DNA of 63,853 nucleotides, filler included, from Folioceros fuciformis (taxonomy: Eukaryota), in NCBI GenBank assembly GCA_049999805.1. It is 10 parts of 10 records of this genome, joined end to end, with 100 filler letters (N's around TTAATTAATTAA, not from the genome) between each part and the next. Parts side by side here need not be neighbours in the genome. Positions count along the whole stretch, not along the records: positions 48,962 to 51,305 come from JBNGIO010001214.1; positions 51,406 to 56,325 come from JBNGIO010001216.1; positions 56,426 to 61,319 come from JBNGIO010001218.1; positions 61,420 to 63,853 come from JBNGIO010001221.1; 6 more parts are not named here. One strand, 5' to 3'. Shown one piece after another: positions 50,520 through 63,456 of the stretch (within the stretch, counting starts at the first letter, position 1; each line of letters starts with the position of its first letter). Both the position numbers and the translations under genes were made by a program. A model generated the notes under the pieces. The model was not told where the DNA came from and did no database searches. It saw nothing but the letters and a program-made list of their open reading frames with translations.

Positions 50520-51305
50520 CCAGTTATAACCTACTGGTAGTTAGGTTAAAGTGAATAGACACTTTAGTCAGTATTTAAAATTTACACGATTTGTATTTTA
50601 ATTAATTCATTCAATGTTTACAACAAGCTTTTGCTTATTATCATGGTATCAAAGCTCTGGCTCTTTGATCCATGCTGCTTTGTTGTATATAGATTTAGGC
50701 TACTCTATAAAATAGAGCATATGCTGTTCTCTAGATGAGACAAGGTGACTTTTTAATATAGCTTAGTGTGCATTCATTTATGCACGTTGAGCAATGTTGG
50801 AATGTTCACTAGACAACATTTGATGAGTCTAGCATTGATGGGATCACTATACATATTTGACTATGTTGGTCTCATCTAAGCAGCAGGGATGACGCGTAGG
50901 TCTGGAGATAGGCATCATGTTCCGTGTGTAGGGGAATTTAAAACTGAATTGACTTCTACCACAAAAAGACACCTTGAGGATCCTTCAAGGAGAATCTCTA
51001 GACAGATATTACGCAAGTCAGTCATCCCCATAGTATCTAAAAAATTGAAGATATCACATGGTGAACAAAGGAATCAGCGTTCCTGTATCTGCTGTGCAAA
51101 TCTATGCCCAAGCTCAAGATGAGGATTGGCAAGACGATCATCAAGAGTGTTGTCACCCTATGAAGATGAAGATTCAATCCTGAAAGCGACTCGTCCAGCA
51201 ATCGATGGTTGCATTCGAGACACTCAGCTTCTGCTGTTTAGAACAAGATCTGATCTCACCTTACAGATGGATTCAGCGATTCGAATGATTGCCACTCTTA
51301 CGGAG
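50520..51305 (+). mobile_element. LTR end, tRNA-iMet primer-binding site (TGGTATCAAAGC, 50644-50655) and leader of an LTR retrotransposon
   Basis: ...TTATCA|TGGTATCAAAGC is a near-canonical Met PBS directly after CA. A similar PBS lies on the minus strand at 56676-56687. Confidence 0.65.
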
Positions 51306-51405
51306 NNNNNNNNNNNNNNNNNNNNNNNNNNNNNNNNNNNNNNNNNNNNTTAATTAATTAANNNNNNNNNNNNNNNNNNNNNNNNNNNNNNNNNNNNNNN
51401 NNNNN

Positions 51406-52112
51406 TAGGACCTGCAGTGTGTTGCCGACTGTGCAACGTCTGGTAGGATCGCGGGCAGCGTGTTGCCGGTTGTATAGTGTCTGGTAGGATCACAAGGTGT
51501 AATGACCAGGGTGAAGAGGCTTGCCCCTAGCTCTTGATTGTAAAGGATGTGTCTTTCTCTCGACCTGTCCACTCTTGTTCCTGGCTTGGACAAGTGATGT
51601 AGGCCGGCCATGTCTCATGGCGTCTGGTAAGGTTGTGGGGGGAGATATCTAAGAGGGGAGTGTGTTCCCTTCTTTCTTTCCTTTGGGGTTAGTCTAGTGA
51701 CTCTTGCCGGGTAGGAGGAGTCAGTAGGGAAGTGTAGAAGGTAGTGGTGTCGTTGCTGGTTGCTGGTAGTTGCTGATGTTGGTGCTGGAGTGAGAGAGTG
51801 AGTGAAGTGTGTGAGGGAAGTCGCAGATCTAAGAGGTTAGAGTCGTTGTAGTGACTGAAGTGAGTTTGTGGGCACCGAGAGAGGTGCAGCTGACCGCCAG
51901 ACAGCGAGGCCTATCCTACGCCTGATCGGAGCTGGAGGGGAGCCCTCGAATCCATCATCAAGTCGATCAAGTCCGACCCTCCATCCACAGCAGCAAGGAA
52001 CCCCATCGCTCCTTCGTGGGAACGAAACCCAATGTCTCAACGACAGTGGGATAAGTGTGGCCACTAAAGGTGGAACCCGTTGGCAATCAGTGCCCGGGGT
52101 TTTGCCTCCACA
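51406..52112 (+). mobile_element. LTR, family A, copy 2 (partial)
   Basis: Same sequence and same ...TTTGCCTCCACA terminus as copy 1. Confidence 0.85.
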
Positions 52113-52790
52113 AAGTGACTAGACATTTTAGGAAGCTCTCAACTCCTTCATGAGTGACAATCCAAAAGTGGTAGGCATGGCCAACTCTCATGACCCTAGA
52201 TTTTTAGAGTTGATTGAAGCAACTTCTTTTCATGTAGCAAGTGAAAGCTCTGCTAAAGGGGTTTGAGAGCATACACAGAGTGGATCACCCTATGTGCCCT
52301 CATGTTCCCATTGTATCCGCACCAACATCATCTTCACCACCATCAACACTTGCTAGAGGTCCTCCTCCACCTTCTACTTCTTAAGACAATGAGACTTGTG
52401 AGTCGCTGCTTACTCAAGTAACAAAATTGAAAGTAGTAACAGCAAAGAAGGTGTCCAAACAAGCAAAGAGGAAGCTTCAAGTAGTCGGATGGATAAGCCT
52501 TGGCAGTGGTTGGTTCCCAACCACTGCCAAGACTTTGTTGTTGAGTCTTTGCTAACAAATTAATATACCCAAATCCTGGTATAATTGTCTCTCATTTAGC
52601 CTCCTTTTTGGCTTGAATGAGACCCTTGTATTGTGATTTCATTGATCAAAGGGAAACTTTTGTGCCTTGCTTCTTTTAGGACTAGTGTACTCTGTTGCTA
52701 TACTTTTTTAGGAATATGCATCGAAAGCCTAATCTAGGTTGACATAGCATGCAAGTAGTATGCAGTTCTTGTTAAGATTGAAGTTTACAC

Positions 52791-53500
52791 TGTTGAGGAA
52801 GCAGCTTATTGAGTTTGATCAGTTGAAAGTAAGAGGCTAATTGAGTTTGATAATTAGGGGTAAGACATAATTAAGTTGCTAAGATAAGTGAGAAGATATA
52901 TACCCCACATTGTCTAAGGAACACGAGTTCCAACATATGTTTATATAAGGCAAACTTGGGCTTACTAGAATGGGACTTAATTGGGATATATAAGTACTTG
53001 AGTGATTTTGGCTTATTTGTTTTTCCTTTAGATTTTGCATTACATGATCGACTTCCTACTTGGTGGCTTTGGTGGATGTCATGTACCTAGCCCTCCTAGG
53101 TGGCAGTGGATGTCATGTACTCAACCCTCCTAGGTGGTGGCTTGGGTGCATGTCATGTACTTGGTGGCTTGGGTAGGTATTTGTCTATAGTTGGTTGTTT
53201 AGGGTTGTTTGGCCTTGTACTTGGTGGCTTGGGTAGATATATGTGTGTTTCTTGGTTTCGTTTCTTGCTCTTGCTATTCCAACTGATGGTGGCTTGGGTA
53301 GACATTTGTCTGCAGTTGGTTGTTTCTTGTTGTTCCAGCTAATGGCACCTCTACTTAAGATAAAACATACGATGTTGGGAACCTTCTATCATCAAGATTA
53401 TTGGTTGTTTCTTACTGTTCCAACTAATGGCACCAGTACAAACACACCCTCTACTTAAGATAAATACATACCTTGTTGGGGACCTTCTATCATCAAGATC
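52791..53500 (+). mobile_element. LTR-like remnant, family B (starts TGTTGAGGAAGCAGC), with internal short repeats
   Basis: 52791-52975 is similar to the reverse complement of about 54255-54442, and both copies begin TGTT. The 3' boundary is uncertain. Confidence 0.55.
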
Positions 53501-53539
53501 ACTTCCTGAATTAGAGTCATAATATACCCAATGAGTTTA

Positions 53540-53850
53540 TAATCTTTACTTGGTACTATAAGCACATATCTTGTGCACTACCCAATTACCTCAAAGTGTG
53601 CCAATCCAAGGAACTTGGATTTTGCATGAATTGGCTCACAATCCCAATTGCCTTCTCCAAGTCTGGTCATGTCCCCACCATAGCAAACATTAAACTCCCA
53701 ACTGCTTGCCAATAAGGGATGACCCTTATCTTCTCCTCTTCATCATTATTAGAAGAACATTGGTCCTTGCTCCACTTCAAATTCAAGCCCAAAGGACTTC
53801 CAATAGGCTTGCAATCAACCATTTCAAAGCAATCCAGAAGTTCTTCCATT
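53540..53850 (-). mobile_element. Ty1/copia RT C-terminal fragment
   Basis: FEMVDCKPIGSPL...IPYWQAVGSLMFAMVGT. Confidence 0.85.
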
Positions 53851-54254
53851 TACCTTTGCTAGCTAACACTACTAGGATGTGGCCTAATGTATTTCACGTT
53901 TTGTAATGCATATACAATGACAAAAGGGGCTATATAATCAATAAAATGATTTGATGTTTTTGTTGGAAGCACATTATAAAAAAACCTTCATAAGCTCCTC
54001 ACATATAAAAAAACAATCATATGCTCCTCACATAAACTATCATAAGCACCTCACATAGAATGCAAAACCAGAGAACTTGTTGTAGGATATGGCCTTGCTG
54101 TTGAGATGGAAGATTAGACATGCTTCAATAACCGAAAACAACACCACTTAGCAAGTGCTCAGATCAAGAAACTAAGAGCAGCTAAATGGGACTCCAAAAT
54201 GTAAAGGAAAGATAAATAAGACACAATAACACAACCACTAAGATGTCCAAATCG

Positions 54255-54442
54255 AGACCATTCTAATGAGCCTAAGTTTGCCTTATATGGGCCTCTATGA
54301 GAACTCATGTTGCCTACACAATATGGGGTATATATATCTCCTCACTTATCTTAGCAATTTAATCATGACTTACCCCTAATCATCAACTACAATAAACTTC
54401 TTACTTCTAAATCATCAAACTCAATCAGCTACATCTTTAACA
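54255..54442 (-). mobile_element. LTR-like remnant, family B, inverted copy
   Basis: The reverse complement begins TGTTAAAGATGTAGCTGATTGAGTTTG and tracks 52791-52975. Confidence 0.55.
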
Positions 54443-55052
54443 CTTGCACCCTAGCGGTTGGACACTGCTCTCAAAGCCATGTGCAGCCAATCATAGAGGG
54501 TTGTGGGCACAAGGACTTTTGCCACAACTCTCCTGCATGATAACATAACTTCCACAATCCCAATCATCCCATTATCTTGCAAGCAAGGGTTCTGCAGCTT
54601 TAGTTATGATGCCTTTCTCCTACTCTCAACACTCCTTTGCTCATAGCTCTCAATTCACCTCATAGATAGCTGGCAGGCCATAGGCACAAGGAATGTTTGA
54701 ACCTCCCTAAGGATTGTTGTAGGATTCCATTTAAAAAGGTAAAGGAAAAAAACACCATCTGCATTCAATAATGTGCAAGTTGGACTTGGAGTGATCAAGG
54801 CCCCCTCAGTTGGTGAGTGAACTCTCTACCTTTCACCCACATGCTCCACACTAGTGGCCTCAATGTCTAGCACCTTCTCCATATCAACGCACAGACTATT
54901 TAATCCTAGTATACATGTATATATATATACTTAGCATGGATTCATGTGTATATGGGGTGGCCAGCCCCCAATAGTGGTTCCAGACAAAAAATGTGTCATC
55001 CATCATTGCATCTATCACACGACAACATGCAATGATCACAACCTGGATCTCC

Positions 55053-56325
55053 TGTGGAGGCAAAACCCCGGGCACTGATTGCCAACGGGTTCCACCTTTA
55101 GTGGCCACACTTATCCCACTGTCGTTGAGACATTGGGTTTCGTTCCCACGAAGGAGCGATGGGGTTCCTTGCTGCTGTGGATGGAGGGTCGGACTTGATC
55201 GACTTGATGATGGATTCGAGGGCTCCCCTCCAGCTCCGATCAAGCATAGGACAGGCCTCGCTGTCCGGCGGTCAGCTGCACCTCTCTTGGTGCCCACAAA
55301 CTCACTCCAGTCACTACAACGACCCTAACCTCTTAGATCTGTGACTTCCCTCACTCCCTCTCTCACTCCAGCACCAACACCAGCAACTAACAATGACACC
55401 ACTACCTTCTACACTTCCCTACTGACTCCTCCTACCCGGCAAGAGTCACTAGACTAACCCCAAAGAAAAGAAAGAAGGGAACACACTCCCCTCTTGGATA
55501 TCTCCTTCCCACAACCTTACCAGATGCCATGAGACATGGCCGGCGTACAGCACTTGTCCAAACAAGGAACAAGAGTGGACAGGTCGAGAGAAAGACACAT
55601 CCTTTACAATCAAGAGCTAGGGGCAAGCCCCTTCACCCTGGTCATTACACCTTGTGATCCTACCAGACACTGCACAGCCGGCAACACGCGGCTTGCGATC
55701 CTACCAGACGTTGCACAGCCGGCAACACACTACAGGTCCTAAACCAAGCAGGGACAACAGACCGCAAGAGCTCATGAAGCCTCTAGGACCTCCAAGAGCT
55801 CACAAAGAGATAGACTGACTGCCAAAGTGAATGACTCCCTCCACCTACAGGCTCACCTGATCTTATAGGAGCCTCTCTCTCTCTCTCTGACTTCACTTCT
55901 CTCTAACTTGAGAAATATTATTTTAATAGCCTAGTCGGCTATCACCAGCCACTTATTTAGACTTCGAGCACATCCTGCCACCAATGAGCTCCTAGCCCTA
56001 CCAACACAAGGATCTACCACCTCTTAGACTATTCTGAGACTTCGGAGGATGTCTGATCTTCAAAGATCTGCGGACGCCGCCTCTTCCTTGCTGGGTGGCC
56101 GCCCGCTAAGTCTTCCCCTGCAACTGTTCACCCTTGGTGGCTGAGCCAACCTCCAGGGGAAGAGTATGAGAAGTGGGAAAGATAGAGAGGAGGTGGGAGG
56201 CAATAGGATCAGCAGCCGGAACCTGGCCTGAAAACGGTAGCTTATTCAACGGGATCAGTTTCCAGCCGAAATGGTTCCTTTGCCATGGAAGACTGACCTC
56301 AAGGTGCTGGAATAGGCCCCAAACT
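55053..56325 (-). mobile_element. LTR, family A, copy 3 (inverted)
   Basis: Begins TGTGGAGGCAAAACC on the + strand, the reverse complement of the copy 1 and 2 termini. Confidence 0.85.
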
Positions 56326-56425
56326 NNNNNNNNNNNNNNNNNNNNNNNNNNNNNNNNNNNNNNNNNNNNTTAATTAATTAANNNNNNNNNNNNNNNNNNN
56401 NNNNNNNNNNNNNNNNNNNNNNNNN

Positions 56426-56950
56426 AGATTAGGTAGTTGTCCTAGCGCATCCCTGCTGATTTTGCTAAGGTAGCAAACCAGAGGGGATGCGTCGAGATCA
56501 CTTCCTTAATCTAGTAGAAATTACAAGTGTATCTTCATAAACAATCAACATTATATATACTTTCTATTCTTTATTTCTTGATGAAGAAACTGAATTTCTA
56601 GATCAAAATAAACAAGAAAACTATATAAATGCATTTTTAAATGTGCATTCATTAATGCACAACCTGCATCCTATTGCTTTGATACCATAACAAATTTAGG
56701 TAATTACAGATCAATTAAACATATCAGAATAATCACATTGTGTCAAGAATACAACAATGATAATGTATAAGTTCATAAGAATAACTTAAGTCACCAGTGA
56801 AACGTTGTGACCTAATCAAAGGACGTAACCCTAATGAAAAGGTGTGTCTTTTAAAGCTCTTAACTTAACTAGACTACTGAACCCTAATCATCTATCCAAC
56901 ACATGTATTCCTTTACTCGTGCCCAGACCACATGACAAGACGCAGAAAAC
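56426..56950 (-). mobile_element. LTR end plus Met PBS (56687-56676) of an LTR retrotransposon
   Basis: Minus strand TGGTATCAAAGC. The downstream CAGCAGGGATG segment is shared with the element at 50520-51305. Confidence 0.5.
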
Positions 56951-57984
56951 ACTCCTCATCACCCTGACCCTAGTAGACTGCTAAGACCATTCACCTACTA
57001 AAGCCATTTAGATTTAAACCTCAACTTTACCCGAAGACCATGGGAACTCACCTTCCCCAAGGGCAGGCGTGATTCCAAAGTTGTTCATTCCCAGGAACTA
57101 GGAAACCTGCTGACTTCTACTCCCTCCGCTTGAATCACTTCCGATGGGACTGCCTCAGACCTTCTGCTGCAATCAATAAGTGCTCTTAGATGCGCCATAG
57201 CAAAGCCATAGCATAGCCGTTGGGAAGTTGAAGAATGACCGGAGGCTATTCACCTTGCACCCGAGGAGGCAAGAGAGGAACTAGCGTGGGAGGTTTTTGA
57301 ATGAAGAAGGCATCTAAAAATTGTGCAATGTTAAAACATCTTATCGTACATCATAGCAACGAGGGGTTAAGCAAGCGGTGGCAACTTGCACTAGCTTGCT
57401 TGCAAATTCAGTATATGTGTTCATGTTGAAGTTTGCTATGAAGGTCTCAAAAGTTGAGGGAGGGCCCCCATGGATTGTTCGGGCCCATCAACTTGATGTG
57501 AAAGGGACTAGGCCCTCCTCTGCTTTTCCCAGTCAAAAGAATACAGTTGCCATAAAAGATGAGGAAGGTCGCGACTGAGGGTAGGAATGAAGCCCTATGT
57601 ATAGTTGGTTGCCTCCATATACTATGCATAAAAGATATTACTTTTGTGCACTATTAGCAATGACCTACCATTATGCACAAGGTCAAAGTAAGTATGTGTG
57701 AGACTGTTCCAAGTGTCCACCATAGGCACTTTTGTAAGTTTGTTATAGCGTACTAGGTGCATTAATTGAGTTGATGCCCGGCTCACCTAACAACCCCTCT
57801 CAGAGGGTTGCTACAGTCTAAAAGGAAATTTACAATTTTACATTGTTGAATGTTGGCAACCACACATTGAATGCGGGATTGGAGGTAGAAGTATAGTTTA
57901 CCATAAAGGTTGTTGTGAGGAATGTTGAAGCCATTGTTGCTCACCATCTTGTGGCAACAACATGGAAAATTGTACATGTGTTGG

Positions 57985-59090
57985 GTATGCAAATTATAGG
58001 TTGCTAAACCTTCTCATTGTACATCAGAAAAACGAGGGAGCGAGGGGGAAAAGGATGAGTGCGTGAGGGGCGCTCTAGATCATACCTTCTTATCATACGT
58101 CGAAGCAATGAGAGAGTGAAGGGGTGAGAGAGGCTTTGGATGAAGAATGAGTCTAAAAACTATAAGTTGTAAAACCTTGTCGTACATCGAAGCAACAAGA
58201 GAGTGAGGGGACGAGGGAGGCTTTACATGAAAAAAGGTGTCTAAAAATTATGGGCTATTGTACCTTATCGTTGTACATCAAAGCATCGAGAAAACAAGGA
58301 GGGGAGGGGGCAAGGGGGTTAGCATGCAAGGGAGGCTTTAGATGAAGATGGAGACTACAAATTATGGAGTGTTAATCCTTATTTTCATACATCAAAGCAA
58401 TGAGAGAGCAAGAAGACAAGGGAGTAACCAATGAGGGAGGCTTTGGATGAAGAAGGCATCTAAAGATTGTGGGCTACTAGACCTTCTCATCATTTATCAC
58501 AACAGCAAGGTAGCAAGAGGACGAGAGGGTAACTGGCGAGGAAGGCTTTAGATAAAGAAAGCATTTACAAATTATGGGTCGTTAAACCTTCTCATCATAT
58601 TACATTATAGTAGTGAGGGGAGAGGGGCCAACCACAAGGGTGGCTTTACACTTCGTGTCATTGCGAGAAGGGTAGCCACACATTTCGTGTGGCTACCCTT
58701 CTCGCAAGTGTCCACAAGGGTGGCTTTACACAATGATAAAAAAGGTGTGTACAAATTATAGGCTATTAAACTTTTTTATCGTCCATTATAGCAACAAAGG
58801 GGCAAGCAGCAAGGGACGTTTTAGATGAAGAAGGCGGTTACAAAGTATGAACTACTAAACCTTTTCATTGTACATCATAGCAATGAGGGGCGATGGGGCA
58901 ATCAACAAAAGAGTCTTTAGATGAAGAAGAAGTCTAAACATTATGGGCTGTTAAACCTCCTTATCATACATCACAGCAACGAGTGGACAAGGTGGTGATA
59001 AGGGAACTAGCAAAAGAGGATTTAGATGAAGAAGGCATGTACAATTATGTACTATCAAACCTTTTCATTCTACATTATATGTAGCAACCG
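57985..59090. repeat. Degenerate minisatellite of ~9 full and 2 partial units (period about 87-115 bp), plus an outlier copy at about 57288-57365
   Basis: Core GGCTTTAGATGAAGAAGGC.TCTA.AAATTATGGGCT.TTAAACCTT.T.ATC.TACATCA.AGCAA repeated, separated by purine-rich linkers. Confidence 0.85.
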
Positions 59091-60839
59091 ATGTTGACCT
59101 TCAAGTTGTTCTTGTTCTACAAAAGGCCACAACCACAACTAGTTATGTAGCAAGGTACACTACCTACTATGAGCACACCTCGTGGATACTACAATCAAGT
59201 CATGCTTACAACACTAACCTTTACTAAGGTGATTGTAGAACTTGAAAAGATTGGTTGCTAAGTGTAATACTTTTTATTTGATTGAGGGATCTCATGATTA
59301 CTTCTCACTTAAAACATCAATTCGTACGAAGGGTCATAATAAAAAAATACCCTTTACAAACCCTCTTGTCCATTATCCTCCCGCAGGCACCAACAACATT
59401 TGTAAATCTTAGCATGTCTTGGATTGCTTTCTACCATATCTAGGTGGGGCCTCGTGCCGACTTCCTCCCCTTCCCTTGCATGGCACATTGCAGTGAAGCG
59501 ACCTAGGAGGGTGTCAGCATGCTTTGTCCCATTTGTGTCGTGCTCATTGTCTTCTGCATTTGTGATTTCTTGGAAGTCTTTTTATGCATGCAAATATTAG
59601 GTTATTGTAGATGAAAAACTACATTTATTAATAATTTTTTAAGTTTACGAACATTATGAGGAGGCTGTAGCTACTTAGGGTATTGTGACCCTATGGGGCA
59701 ATAGCTCGATATGTTATCACAAACAATATTGACACCTTCGCAAACAATTCGCTCACACGTTTCAATGGATAACATCCTTCGACTCCACATTTAAGTTTTT
59801 CTCGAAGTTGTTTTTGAAAATGACACTAGAGGGCGCTAGAATTTAGTGCCACATGGAAAGGGTACTATTGACTGTCTTTCTTGACATATTTTTTTAATAT
59901 TTTTTAATTTTTTATTCCTTTTATATGTCTCGTTTTATGCAGGTTTTTTGCTTGGTGAAAATGGCCTTTTTCAAAACACGATTCTTTCATGAACTGTATA
60001 GAGAAATGAGTAGTGCTTTCAATTGGCTATTAAGTGTGTGAGGCTTAAAAATGAAGGTTGAGTGAAGTTTGGCAAAGTTGGGTATGCATGTTTAGCGACT
60101 CCAAAACCATCGATGTGCCAAATTTTCCTTTAGAGATGAGGCTTGCATATTGCTTGTGCTAAAGTAGACTTGAGGGTGTTGGCATGTTGTCGCCATGTTG
60201 AGGCATTGTCATACCAACACTACTAGTCTCACTTCTTGGAGGAGACTAGAGTGTCAGAATGTCGTCGCGAGGCCCACCCTACAAGAAGGCTTAGGCGCCA
60301 GCATACCCATAACTGAGTGTTCTAATTGGCAAATGTTTTTCGAAGGAACCTTAGTGCTGTCAATGCATTCTTGCTATTGCGTTGATTGTGGAAAGAACAT
60401 ACTGATGCATTTGAGGGTGGCTACGTTGACAAATACTTACACGCAGGAGAGACCTTGAGGAATAGAAGGGAAAAGATTGAAGGTCCTAAATATACAAAAG
60501 TTGTATGTTAACAAAACTTGGCATATGATTCATCTTATACTATCTGTGTGAGAAGTGATAAAAACTATCGGGTGCTCTTAAGTTGAGTCATTACGGCTTT
60601 CTTTATGAGATTGACATAACTGGAAGTCTGCCAACTAGGGCTAGTAAAAAGTGGCACCAACAATCTATAATAGCTATGTCAAAAAAGTGGCCACACCTTA
60701 ATGCAAAGTGACTACCAAGTGGTGGTGGCATGTAGTCTATGCCCTTAATTTGTTGCCTAGCTTTGCCTTGAGTGTTTGTTTCTTTTCCTTTACCTTTTTG
60801 TCCAGTTTGCCACACACATGAGCATTGTCGAGTGCTATA

Positions 60840-61065
60840 GGTGCTGCAAAGGTGGACACCATGTTTCTAATAATGCTAGTTGATCGTACCCCATGCATGT
60901 CTCATTAGTGGCTACAATTATTTAAACCTAAATTCATAAAAACTCATGTCAACGATTCCAATGGGTGTTGCAAAGGTGGACACCAGGTTTCTAACCATGC
61001 TAGTTGCTTGTACCTCATTTCCCACTAGTGTCTACCATTATTTGAATCCTAAATCCATGGAAACA
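60840..61065. repeat. ~123-bp diverged tandem duplication
   Basis: GGTG.TGCAAAGGTGGACACCA.GTTTCTAA..ATGCTAGTTG occurs at about 60840 and 60963. Confidence 0.7.
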
Positions 61066-61881
61066 CCCTTGAACAACCTAGTTTGTACATGGTTCCATGA
61101 CCCTTGCGCGTCGTCTTTATATTGCTAGCAAAATACCCTTTTAGTTGTTTCTAACTCTTTGTAGGAATTGGTGTCATCAAGCTTTGATTGGATTTGTTAT
61201 TGTAATAACAAGTTATTACAACCAATTATAAATCTCTGATTTATCATAATTTATGACCATTATTGTTTGTGGCAAGTGATAATAGTGATTAGTAATCAAT
61301 AATTGCCGCTTGGTACAGANNNNNNNNNNNNNNNNNNNNNNNNNNNNNNNNNNNNNNNNNNNNTTAATTAATTAANNNNNNNNNNNNNNNNNNNNNNNNN
61401 NNNNNNNNNNNNNNNNNNNCCCCTGCCTCTAGCTCTAGCTAGGGCATGGCCTCCATGGCCGTTCATGCTAGCCAAGCAATCAGCCAGCCTATCGTCAGAC
61501 CTTGACCCCTGACACTGACATACCCAGATACTCGTTCCTATGTTCAAACCATTATTTTATTATTTAATTATTATTATTATATTATAATTTAATCATTTAA
61601 TATTATATATCTTTAATTAATATTAAACTAATCACCCAACCCTATGGCCTGGTACCGAACCTAGACCTTCCCAGGTCTGGGACCAAACCTATACCCACTC
61701 TTATAACCAAACCAACTATTTCCTGGTCAATTAACCTAATTAGCACAAAGAAAAATAAGAAAAATGACCAGAAAATAAAGAAAAATTTAGGAAAATAAGT
61801 TGAAAAAGAAAACCAAACCATACCACTATTAACCCTTTTTCAACCAAAACAAACTACTACCCCAAACTTTGGAGGTTCACA

Positions 61882-63456
61882 ATGGGATACCGTCTATGGG
61901 ATCCAAAGGCCAAGAGGGTTGTACGCAGCAATGACGTGTTCTTCAATGAGACCAAGATGCACAAGAAGCCTACTCCAACTGTGGAGGTTCGACGGGTGGT
62001 CTTCCAAGAAGATGGACTTGACTGTCACGAGCAAGTTGAATGTTGTGATGTGCAGGAACCCATTCCTCCACTTATAGAAGAGGAGAGAGTGCAACAAGCT
62101 CCAGTTGAGGCGCCTATGCTTCGTAGGTCATGAAGGATTTCCCGTCCTCCTAGCAGGTATGTTGCATCTCTTGATTATGTCATGCTGACGGATTGTGGGG
62201 AGCCTTCTTGTTACCAAGAGGCCATGTCAATGATTGACAAGTGGGAGAAGGAGATGCAATCGCAGATGGATTCGCTCCATAAGAACCAAACTTGGTAGTT
62301 GGTTCGGTTGCCTAGGGGTAAGAAGGGGTTGCCATGTAAATGGGTGTATAAGATGAAGGACATACCCCATTATGGCAAACCCACATACAAGGCACGATTG
62401 GTTGCTAAGGGTTTTAACCAACAGCAAGGTATTGACTTTGATGAGATTTTCTCACCAGTTGTCAAAATGACCACTTTGCGATGTGTTCTTGCTTTGGTTG
62501 CAAGGAACCACATTGAACTTGTCCAGATGGATGTGAAGTCGGCATTTCTGCATAGTGATCTCTAGGAAGAGGTATACATGCAGTAACCAGAGGGTTTCAT
62601 TGAGAAGGGCAAAGAGAATCTGGTGTGCAGGTTAAAGAAGAGCCTTTATGGTTTGAAACAGGCACCCAGAGAGTGGTATTACAAGTTCCACTCAATTATG
62701 CTTTCTCAAGGCTACAAACGTAGCGAGGAGGATCATTGCCTCTGTATGAAGCAAGCTAAGGATGGAAGCTTGCTCATTTTGGTCCTCTATGTGGATGATA
62801 TGTTAATTGCTGGGAATAGCAGTGATGGGATTTCAGCATTGAAGTCAAAGTTGAATGCTCGGTTTGACATGATACACTTGGGAGAGGCAAGCCATATTCT
62901 TGGCATGCGTATTCATCAAGACAGACAGAAGCATTTGCTTTACTTGTCTCAGACTGAATACATTAACGGGTGCCTCAACGTTTCAACATGGAGAAGGGGA
63001 AGATATTGAGTACTCCATTGCATCCATATGTGAAACTTTCGAGCAAGGATTGCCCAAGGTCTGCGGAGGACAAAGCTAAACTGGAGAAGGTTCCATACTC
63101 ATCAGCTGTAGGGAGTTTGATGTATGGAATGATTGCTACATGTCCTGACATTGCTTTTGCAGTGGAAGTGGTTAGCAGGTTTATGTCAAACCCTGGAAGG
63201 AAGCATTGGGAGGCAGTGAAAGGAGTTATGAGGTACTTTAATGGTATAAAAGCTTTGTGCTTATGTTTTGGCAGTGAAGATGCATCTGTCGTGGGATATA
63301 CGGATGCTGATTATGCAGGGGATATGGACAAAAGGAGGTCCACATCATGTTATGTCTTCATGTGCACTGGAGGGGCAGTCTCATGGCGATCTCGTTTGCA
63401 ATCGTGCATAATGCTATCTACCATAGAGGCCGAGTATGTTGCAGCAACTGAGGCTT
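61882..63456 (+). mobile_element. Degenerate Ty1/copia pol fragment (integrase C-terminus, RT, RNase H), bounded on both sides by LTR-like insertions
   Basis: GYRLWDP..VRSNDVFFNE, YKARLVAKGF, QMDVKSAFL, LKKSLYGLKQAPR, LYVDDMLI, GYTDADYAGD, STIEAEYVA. Flanks end ...TTCACA (61881) and begin TGTGGAG (63457). Confidence 0.95.

Noticed and set aside
57985-59090. Repeat-spacer pattern resembling a CRISPR array
   Set aside because: The repeats are about 75 bp and strongly degenerate, the linkers are related low-complexity purine tracts, there are no cas genes, and the context is eukaryotic.
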